Position numbers and translations under genes: made by a program. A stretch of 64,000 bases of DNA from a virus. This document shows, piece after piece, positions 9,663-16,649 of this stretch; position 1 is the first letter of the stretch; every line of letters starts with the position of its first letter. Location: the IMG/VR virus record IMGVR_UViG_3300018080_000100. One strand, 5' to 3'. The notes below the pieces were generated by a model. It was not told the DNA's origin. It was given only the letters and a program-made list of their open reading frames with translations, and did no database searches.

Positions 9663-10399
9663 CTGTAACTCCCGTGCTGATAGTCGAAGCTCGTGAAGCG
9701 ATGCCGCTGCGCCATTTCCGTGTAGACACGGACGAGCAACGTATGGATCGGCGCATCGCCCCAACGCTTCGTATAGATGCCACCGTGCTTCTCGATGGCT
9801 TCCAGCGCTTCTTTGCACGGGGAGGTCAACCAGAGAGACGGCTTAGCGATATGGAAATTGTTGTAGTAGATCTTCCGGTCCCACTTGTAGGTACCGAAAG
9901 CAGGATCATGCGCACGCAGCATCGCCTTCAGGCCGCGGACCGCAGTCTTGGATTCTGGACGTGTCGCGCGCCACGCGTAGACCTTGTTGCCCTCTGCCAT
10001 GACCTCGAACGGGTCGTCGTGCATCTTGGAGCGGATGTACGAGTCATCGTCGAGGCGCATGTAGTAGTCGAAGTCCTTCAACATCGGGTATAGGCCCAAC
10101 GAGAAGAACCGGCACATGTTGCGGTAGCCGATGCTGTGCGACTGTGACAGCGTCCACTCGTTGAACTTGCTTACGTCGATGTGCGGCGGCGGCGAGATGT
10201 CGACCTGCTTGAGCACTACACGCGCGCAGCGCTCTTGCATCTGCCGCAGATGCTCATCCGTGAAGTCGCCCTCGTGGCAGACGACGACTGGGTGTGGATG
10301 CGCATCCAGCAGATTCTTCTGGAGCAGCTTCAGGCTTCTGAGCAGCTTGTCCAGTCTACGAGTCTGTGCCAAGTAGATGATCACTGTATTCATGGGCAT
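9644..10399 (-). CDS. GT15-like (Kre2/Mnt1-type alpha-1,2-mannosyltransferase family) glycosyltransferase
   Basis: YRNMCRFF and YYMRLDDDSY motifs resemble GT15 signatures. SD tgaggag upstream of MPMNT. Confidence 0.45.
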   Translation of the reverse strand: MPMNTVIIYLAQTRRLDKLLRSLKLLQKNLLDAHPHPVVVCHEGDFTDEHLRQMQERCARVVLKQVDISPPPHIDVSKFNEWTLSQSHSIGYRNMCRFFSLGLYPMLKDFDYYMRLDDDSYIRSKMHDDPFEVMAEGNKVYAWRATRPESKTAVRGLKAMLRAHDPAFGTYKWDRKIYYNNFHIAKPSLWLTSPCKEALEAIEKHGGIYTKRWGDAPIHTLLVRVYTEMAQRHRFTSFDYQHGSYRWQIGK

Positions 10400-10506
10400 A
10401 CCACTCCTCACCACATACGGTCGCCCCAACCGCTCGATCCCCTGGAACGCCGCCTGGTGCCGATCGTTGAGTCAAGTCTAGCCGCGTGTACTTCGCAAGC
10501 AGAGGA

Positions 10507-10528
10507 ACTTTGATCACATGATCAAAGT
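10507..10528 (-). promoter_or_regulatory. perfect 22-bp palindrome instance of the motif
   Basis: actttgatcacatgatcaaagt, between csp and the GT15-like gene. Confidence 0.45.
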
Positions 10529-10737
10529 TAGACTACCGTCACGTTCTCCGCCTTGGGCCGTCCGCCCTTGCCCTCTCCCTCGGTGAAGTCGACCTGCTGG
10601 CCCTCGATGAGCGCATCAAAGTCCGACTTCTGGGGGAGCCCTGAACAGTGAAAGAATATGTCGGATCCGCCGGCGTCCGGCTGGATGAATCCAAAACCAC
10701 GCTCCATCACCAACTTCTTGATGGTGCCTCTTGCCAT
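10528..10737 (-). CDS. cspA: cold-shock protein (CspA family)
   Basis: GTIKKLVMERGFGFIQPDAGG..DIFFH with RNP1/RNP2 motifs; 69 aa. Confidence 0.85.
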   Translation of the reverse strand: MARGTIKKLVMERGFGFIQPDAGGSDIFFHCSGLPQKSDFDALIEGQQVDFTEGEGKGGRPKAENVTVV

Positions 10738-10775
10738 CTTCTTCTCCTAACGCTATCTAACGTGTTGTGCTGCGC

Positions 10776-11078
10776 TTAGTTAAGAATCGCGTACAGATCG
10801 GATTCCTTAGCCAGCACGTAATCAACTCCGTCAAGTGTAACGGTTTCCGCGTACGCTGAGAAGAGCACGCGGCTACCTACTGTCACCTGCTTGCAGTCGA
10901 TTCCGACCGCTACAGCGGTGCCCGTCTGCGGCTTCTCGGTCGAGCCCTCGGGCAGTGTAATGCCACCAGGCGACATCGTTTCCCGCGGATCGGGCGTGAT
11001 CAGCACGCGCTCTCCAATCGGCTTGCAGTCCACAGGATTGCACTTACACTTGTCATCACAAGCACATCCACTAGCCAT
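10776..11078 (-). CDS. groES: GroES/Cpn10-like co-chaperonin with Cys-rich N-terminal extension
   Basis: IGERVLI..TPGGITLPEGS..GTAVAVG..VGSRVLF..ILN Cpn10 pattern, preceded by MASGCACDDKCKCNPVDCKP. aaggaga SD upstream. Confidence 0.6.
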   Translation of the reverse strand: MASGCACDDKCKCNPVDCKPIGERVLITPDPRETMSPGGITLPEGSTEKPQTGTAVAVGIDCKQVTVGSRVLFSAYAETVTLDGVDYVLAKESDLYAILN

Positions 11079-11080
11079 CT

Positions 11081-11947
11081 CTACTCTCCTTTGTGGTGGA
11101 AGACCTCTTCCATAGGTGCCCAGACTTCGCCTGGGGGTAATTCGCTGACGGGCTGCTGCAACGGTGTGCATAGCTTCCACCAGCGCTGTGTTTCCTCGTC
11201 CGCAGCCATCTTGGCCATGTCAGCCTCGTAGTCGTCGCCGACGTACTCGTAGTAGCTGAACAGGTAATCGTTCCCATCCGGCAGACGCGCCGCAAAGATC
11301 GAGTAGTTGCGGATGTTGCACTCCTCGATCTTACTCAGAACGGTTGCCCACACTTCGGCATGCAGCCGCCGATACTCGGCAAGCTTGCCCGGCGTGACCT
11401 GCACGACCATGCCGTAGCGGTTTGCAAGGCCCTTAGGCCAGATCGACTGTGCTAGGCTGCACCGCAGCTCGTCGACATCGAATACGACGTTGACGCCGAA
11501 CACACGCCCCTGCACCAGGAAACCCCTGCGTGTCACCCACTCAACCTCGACCACTGCACGGTTCTCTGGGATCTCTGGTACCTTTTCATCGCCGTATGCG
11601 CGTGCTATGCGCTTGAATACAGGCGACAGGATGCAGAAGCCCTTGTTAAGGTCCGACACGCTTATGGTGCGCCCTTCTGGCTCAGCTGCGAATACCAGCA
11701 GGTCGGGGTGAGCATCCAGTACGATGCAGCGCTTCTCCGTGTCAACCTGGCGGTCGAGTTCGATCACGATATCGGGGTCGTCGCCAAAGTCCCACGGCAA
11801 GAACATCCGTACGCGGCTTTCCTTGTCGGTGAACGCCATGGGTAGCCCGGTGACACCCTCCGCCTCGATTGCCGCGGCCACGTTGGGCCGGCGCGGGCGC
11901 AGCCAGTTCATAAACTCCGGCGTGATCTTGTATACATCGGTCGGCAT
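11081..11947 (-). CDS. fusion protein with C-terminal L-rhamnose mutarotase (RhaM/YiiL, Dabb) domain
   Basis: C-terminus EYRRLHAEVW..NYSIF..DGNDYLFSYYEY..QRWWKLCTP..EVF matches rhamnose mutarotase conserved residues. N-terminal ~190 aa unknown. Confidence 0.5.
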   Translation of the reverse strand: MPTDVYKITPEFMNWLRPRRPNVAAAIEAEGVTGLPMAFTDKESRVRMFLPWDFGDDPDIVIELDRQVDTEKRCIVLDAHPDLLVFAAEPEGRTISVSDLNKGFCILSPVFKRIARAYGDEKVPEIPENRAVVEVEWVTRRGFLVQGRVFGVNVVFDVDELRCSLAQSIWPKGLANRYGMVVQVTPGKLAEYRRLHAEVWATVLSKIEECNIRNYSIFAARLPDGNDYLFSYYEYVGDDYEADMAKMAADEETQRWWKLCTPLQQPVSELPPGEVWAPMEEVFHHKGE

Positions 11948-11983
11948 CTTTGTACCTCGCAACTACAAACTAAAGTGCGACTT

Positions 11984-12409
11984 TCACTCGTCGCCCAGTA
12001 GCTCCTCCCATTTGTCAATACGACGTACGTCACTGTCGTCGTGGTATGTGCTGGACTCGTAGGCCCACGTGTCGTGTTCGGCGCTCAGCCGATGCCAGTC
12101 GCCAGGATGCAGCATGATCGACCAGCCGGGCTGCAGCCTAGCGATCTGCAATGCCACCATCGAGTGGATGCCGGTGCGCATCAGCTGTTCTGGGTCGCCC
12201 TGCAAATACTCTACGACCAAACAGCCCGATTCGCAAGTAATTACCTCGGCCTTGATCGGATGCTTGTGAATGCTCGACTTCTTGCCCGCCTTGACGAACA
12301 GCGTCTTCTGGCACAGGTTGTGATTGACGTCATTGAGATGCCACGACTCGTAGCCCCAATCCTTCGGCACAAACTTCGCGGTTTGCACGGGAATGACTTC
12401 AGCTGCCAT
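11984..12409 (-). CDS. cupin-domain protein (sugar isomerase/epimerase-like?)
   Basis: KDWGYESW...H.H...E...PGDWH cupin two-motif pattern. Confidence 0.5.
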   Translation of the reverse strand: MAAEVIPVQTAKFVPKDWGYESWHLNDVNHNLCQKTLFVKAGKKSSIHKHPIKAEVITCESGCLVVEYLQGDPEQLMRTGIHSMVALQIARLQPGWSIMLHPGDWHRLSAEHDTWAYESSTYHDDSDVRRIDKWEELLGDE

Positions 12410-12725
12410 CTTCCTCTTCCTCCTCCTCGGGGTCGCCGTATATCTGTTTAACGTCGGTCTTGAACTCAGTCTTACAGTGTGCGCAGGTCACAATGCAAGG
12501 GGCCATGACCGGAAAACCCTCGTCGGGCTCGATATCGAGCGCGTGGTACACGAGGTTTTCCTCAATGAGCGAGCGGTAAGGCGGCATGATCGCACAGACG
12601 AAGTTCTGCCGTCCACACTCGTCACAATCCCACGCAAACGCGGGGTGTAGTTCGACTTCGATCACACCAGTAGCCCTGCACAGGTCAATATGATTAAGAG
12701 CGCCGCGCCGATGCCTGCTATCCAC
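12399..12725 (-). CDS. zinc-ribbon hypothetical protein
   Basis: CDECG...CAHCK pair of CxxC motifs; acidic C-terminal tail. Confidence 0.4.
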   Translation of the reverse strand: MDSRHRRGALNHIDLCRATGVIEVELHPAFAWDCDECGRQNFVCAIMPPYRSLIEENLVYHALDIEPDEGFPVMAPCIVTCAHCKTEFKTDVKQIYGDPEEEEEEDGS

Positions 12726-12765
12726 ATCGCAATGGCGAATTCGCTTGGAAACAGATCGTTCATGG

Positions 12766-13416
12766 TTACTTAGGCGGCTTGGCGGCGCGTTCGACAGCCA
12801 AGCAGACCTCTCCGTCTTTCTCGATGAGTGTGTTCATGTCGTCGAACGGGATATACGCTCGGCCGTTTTTGCCCCAGTTTTGGCCCCATGAGTTCTTGAT
12901 CCGGAACAGCCCGCGCTCCTTGGATACGCCAGTGACGAGGTAGGCATGCCCGCCGTAGTTTGGCCCTGTGGCCGACAGGACAGCGTCGGCGCCTGGCCGA
13001 TCCATGCCCTTGTACCAGTTGGTGCCCACAACGACCGGTCCGCGCTCCAGCACGGCGTCGAGCAGCGTGTCCACGTCCCAGGCCCACTCGTATCGGTCGA
13101 TCAGGCCGAGCATCTTGAGCACCTTGGCGCCTGCACGCACCGACGTGCCGTCGTAGTTGGTGCCCTTCCACTCGTCGTACTTCTTGCAGATCGTGTATAG
13201 GCCGTCGGGGTTGAGCCAGTGGCGGATCGGCGCGCTGGCCAGCCAGTGCGACCATGCAAAGCCCACACAATGCGGGGTGGCCTTCTGGTCCTGCCAGCAG
13301 CGATGATCCTGCCAGAAGCGATAGACGCGTTCGCTCGCTGTGCGTGGGATGCGGAATCGTCTGTCGCGGGCGTCGGGCTTGTAGCGCCGACCGTAGTTAC
13401 GCTTGGGCATTGTCAT
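12766..13416 (-). CDS. papain-like (C1) cysteine peptidase
   Basis: CVGFAW (catalytic Cys), GGHAYLVTG (His), KNSWGQNWGKNG (Asn/Trp) in C1-family order. Confidence 0.55.
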   Translation of the reverse strand: MTMPKRNYGRRYKPDARDRRFRIPRTASERVYRFWQDHRCWQDQKATPHCVGFAWSHWLASAPIRHWLNPDGLYTICKKYDEWKGTNYDGTSVRAGAKVLKMLGLIDRYEWAWDVDTLLDAVLERGPVVVGTNWYKGMDRPGADAVLSATGPNYGGHAYLVTGVSKERGLFRIKNSWGQNWGKNGRAYIPFDDMNTLIEKDGEVCLAVERAAKPPK

Positions 13417-14032
13417 GCTCCTTGTCTGGGTTTTGCCAACTTAGATCGTACCCGAAACGGCGATCGGCGTGAAACCAGGGCCTTACTGTGTTCCACAGCT
13501 CTGGCGTATACACCTGCCGAAAAGGTGGGTGCGCTGTATTGTAGTTGTCTTCCTGTATCGGCACCTGTGCGGCACCCACGTGCGCCATTACCTCATCGAA
13601 TCCGCGCTGCATGTCCTCGAACGGTACGACGAATGACACGATCGTACGTCCGTACCCGGCGCCTGCCGATGCGCTCGTCCAATGCGCGTTGGGCAACCTG
13701 CCATAAGCATGCGGCTGCAAGCCACGCACCCATTGTTCGAAGGATTTTCTACGAACACGTGAAGCCTGCATACGCTTTAAGAACCAGTAGAGCGACACCA
13801 AACGCGCCATAGGGTGGCGCACGGTCGTAAACCACGTATAGTCACGACACTGCGCATACTGCGGCATCTTCTTGAACTCTGCCGGCGATGTGTGTTGATC
13901 AGCCTGACGCGGCCACCGCGGCATAAACCAACGCTCGGCGCCCAACTCGTCCTGCAGCGTCCGCCCTATCGACGAACTGGCGCAGCGCGGATTACAGAAG
14001 AACAACAGCTTGTAGTCGTGCGCAACTATCAC
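13397..14032 (-). CDS. sulfotransferase-family protein (Sulfotransfer_2-like)
   Basis: N-terminal LLFFCNPRCASSS resembles the xxH/RxPKxxGTS sulfotransferase motif. Basic W-rich body. Confidence 0.45.
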   Translation of the reverse strand: MIVAHDYKLLFFCNPRCASSSIGRTLQDELGAERWFMPRWPRQADQHTSPAEFKKMPQYAQCRDYTWFTTVRHPMARLVSLYWFLKRMQASRVRRKSFEQWVRGLQPHAYGRLPNAHWTSASAGAGYGRTIVSFVVPFEDMQRGFDEVMAHVGAAQVPIQEDNYNTAHPPFRQVYTPELWNTVRPWFHADRRFGYDLSWQNPDKEHDNAQA

Positions 14033-14430
14033 TGGACTAACACCTTGGAGATGTCGAGCAGTGCGTGACAGACGCGCAGGGCGTACTGGTTGGTATTGAT
14101 CAGATCAGGCTCGAGGGCGTGGTCCTCTTCCAGCTCATCGTCGTCCTTCATGGTCTTGACGATCTCGTCCAGGTGCGCAATGCAGTCCTTGGCCGCACAG
14201 CTGCGGATGAACTCGCCATAGCGGGCAGTCAGCTCAGGTACGGTGGCGCCAGCGTCGCGCTCGGTGCGCAGCTTCGTGAGAAACTCCTCCAGCTCCTCGG
14301 CTGCTTCGCGCAACTCAACGGCCAGCTGGGACAACTGGTGCATGTATCGGACGCTACGTGACATGAAGTTCCTCCACGAGGTCTGCAACCTCTTCGCCAA
14401 CTGGATAACCGAACTCCTCGAACCATGCAA
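14029..14430 (-). CDS. hypothetical helical protein
   Basis: 133-aa ORF, 4-bp overlap with the downstream gene. Confidence 0.4.
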   Translation of the reverse strand: MHGSRSSVIQLAKRLQTSWRNFMSRSVRYMHQLSQLAVELREAAEELEEFLTKLRTERDAGATVPELTARYGEFIRSCAAKDCIAHLDEIVKTMKDDDELEEDHALEPDLINTNQYALRVCHALLDISKVLVQ

Positions 14431-15064
14431 GGTACTTTTCTTCGATATGCTGGATATCGAAGTACGGCAGCCGCTGGTGGTAGCCGCCGATACCGACGTG
14501 CTGCCGGTGGCGCTGTTTGCCGTACAGGAAGCCCTGTTCCGGCTCGTATTCAGTGTTCAGCTCAGGTAGAATCTCGAGCTTGATTGCTATGTCTTCCAGC
14601 TGCCGATAGTCGAAGCTGTGGTCTGGGAACAGGTGCCTGGCCAGCATATCCAGCGTACCCACCTTGTTGACCATCATGCTCTCGAATCGGAGCCCCTTGG
14701 TCGCGCACGCCGTCCATTCGAACGCAGGCTCGACAAGCAGCGCCTCCATACCGACGAATACGCCATCGCAGAGTCCACGGCGCTTGTACGACTCGACTTC
14801 CAAGAGCTGGGCAGCTACAGCGCTGCAGAACGCGTCTCGCAGGTCGCGGACGATGGTGATGACTTTGTCGGCCGGGCGCCAGTCCACTGAGATGTCGTGG
14901 GTCTTGATAACCTCGATGAACCCGGCCGGCGGCGGCTCATACGACTGAATATCGGTGGCATAGACGATGCCTGGGAACAGCTTCTCCGCCAGCATGCGCA
15001 CGGCGTTGAACGTCCACGTGGAGCCCGAACGGGCCATTGCCCCGACAACGATCCTGGTCATCAT
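14354..15064 (-). CDS. sulfotransferase (P-loop type)
   Basis: GAMARSGSTW (5'-PSB P-loop) and TIVRDLRD (3'-PB RDxRD-like). The palindromic motif abuts the start. Confidence 0.65.
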   Translation of the reverse strand: MMTRIVVGAMARSGSTWTFNAVRMLAEKLFPGIVYATDIQSYEPPPAGFIEVIKTHDISVDWRPADKVITIVRDLRDAFCSAVAAQLLEVESYKRRGLCDGVFVGMEALLVEPAFEWTACATKGLRFESMMVNKVGTLDMLARHLFPDHSFDYRQLEDIAIKLEILPELNTEYEPEQGFLYGKQRHRQHVGIGGYHQRLPYFDIQHIEEKYLAWFEEFGYPVGEEVADLVEELHVT

Positions 15065-15086
15065 TTTGTTCCTGTGATCAAAATCA
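15065..15086 (-). promoter_or_regulatory. conserved inverted-repeat motif abutting a sulfotransferase start codon
   Basis: ttttgttcctgtgatcaaaatc. Confidence 0.4.
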
Positions 15087-15737
15087 GCGTTCCATCATCT
15101 TCACCCGGTGCTGCGGGCCAGCAAGCGCCATCAGGTCGTCCTCCTGCTCTGGCGTAAGCCATTGCGGGATACCGACTAACGACGCGGCCACCAAGCTCTG
15201 CGCAGCGTCCTCGACGATCTGGCAGCGGAAGAACGCCTGTCGCATAGTCGTACCCAAGGCACAGAAGCCATGGTTGACCATGAAGATCGACTCGGCTTCC
15301 TTGGCAGCCTCCGCCATCCGGTCGGCTAGTTCCTGTGTGGTAGGCGTGACATACGGCACCGTGGCACGCCGGCCCAGATCATTGACTACCTCAGCGAACA
15401 TCGCCCGTTGCGCCATATCTAGGCCTGAGCTGATCACGCCACACAGCCAAGGCGAATGTACGTGGAACACGGCGTGGATGTCTGGACGCGCTCGATAGAT
15501 GGCCAGATGCATCTGGGTCTCAGACGTCGGCTTGTAGGTGCGCGTACGCGGCTTGCCGCTGTCGATCGCCACGGGGCACAGCTGACGTATGTGCAACTCA
15601 CCCAGGGACAACCCGCTCGGCGACAGCCAGGCGGTGTCGCCGTCGCGCGCACTGATGTTGCCGCCAGAGCCAACAACCAAGTGTGCGTCGTAGAGCTTCT
15701 TGCCGTATCGGACTAGGGCGTGTGTGATAGCACTCAT
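15084..15737 (-). CDS. class II aldolase/adducin family (L-fuculose-/rhamnulose-1-phosphate aldolase or ribulose-5-P 4-epimerase-like)
   Basis: VVGSGGNISAR motif and H..H.H metal ligands. Start at MSAITHAL with a TAATG overlap to the upstream gene. Confidence 0.6.
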   Translation of the reverse strand: MSAITHALVRYGKKLYDAHLVVGSGGNISARDGDTAWLSPSGLSLGELHIRQLCPVAIDSGKPRTRTYKPTSETQMHLAIYRARPDIHAVFHVHSPWLCGVISSGLDMAQRAMFAEVVNDLGRRATVPYVTPTTQELADRMAEAAKEAESIFMVNHGFCALGTTMRQAFFRCQIVEDAAQSLVAASLVGIPQWLTPEQEDDLMALAGPQHRVKMMER

Positions 15738-16498
15738 TAGCAATAGTTCTCGTACTGCAGGCCACCAGGAATTTCCACGATGGCCGACTGTTCGATCACG
15801 TGGCACCAGGAGAAGAGTTCGATCATGTAGGCTTCCTTCTTCACGTGGCAGTGCAGGCCGTCCACAGCGAGTTCCAGCGACACAGGAACGTCCTTGTGCA
15901 TCATGCGGATCTCGTGGACCGGTCCCATCGTAGAGCAGGCCAGCGCAATCATTACGCGCCGCTCGTGTGTGTTATCGAAGGACGCCTCGTCCCAGTCCCA
16001 CGTCCATTTGGGCGACACGATGCGCCGCGGCATGTGCGGTAGGCCGCCAGCAGGGAACGGTCGCGGCTCGCACCAGCGAGGTAGCGCATCCACCATGGCG
16101 TAGCGCATGCCAACGGACAGCAGGGAGCTGAAATGCTCGTCATTCGCTGCCTGGTCTACCAACCAGCCCAGCGGATGCTTAGGCTCAGGCAGCCCGTCGA
16201 GCTTCTCTCCGCGGGACATGTGCATGCTAAGCGGTATCGTAGAGAACGGTACTGCCACAGCGCGCGTCCCCGTGGCTATGCCGTGCTTCTTCAGCACCTT
16301 GGCGTACTCGAGGATCTGCGTGGCGACCATGTCCGGTACGTCCGCAGTCTTGTCCGACTTGAGCTGGGACGCCATGCGCTCCTGTTCGGTCTTCATCAGT
16401 GCCTGCTCGGTTTCCATGTCACAGCCGTTGGCTGCCATCAGCGTGGACTGAGAGATCAGGCCGGCGCCTGCCAGCCCTAGAAAGCTTCTGCGTTTCAT
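15737..16498 (-). CDS. secreted protein with twin-arginine (Tat)-like signal peptide
   Basis: MKRRSFLGLAGAGLISQSTLMAANG (RRxFLG + hydrophobic + AxA). Confidence 0.5.
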   Translation of the reverse strand: MKRRSFLGLAGAGLISQSTLMAANGCDMETEQALMKTEQERMASQLKSDKTADVPDMVATQILEYAKVLKKHGIATGTRAVAVPFSTIPLSMHMSRGEKLDGLPEPKHPLGWLVDQAANDEHFSSLLSVGMRYAMVDALPRWCEPRPFPAGGLPHMPRRIVSPKWTWDWDEASFDNTHERRVMIALACSTMGPVHEIRMMHKDVPVSLELAVDGLHCHVKKEAYMIELFSWCHVIEQSAIVEIPGGLQYENYC

Positions 16499-16649
16499 CG
16501 GTCCGCTCCAAATGGGTAGGTTTCACTCTAAGCATTGTTGCCCGGGCCGGGTTGTATGTCAAGAAACCGGGCGACCGCCAGAGAGTAAAGGAAGGGAAAC
16601 CTCTCCGGGGCCGCCCGGCGGACCGATGGCTCGTGTGAGCACCCGACTG

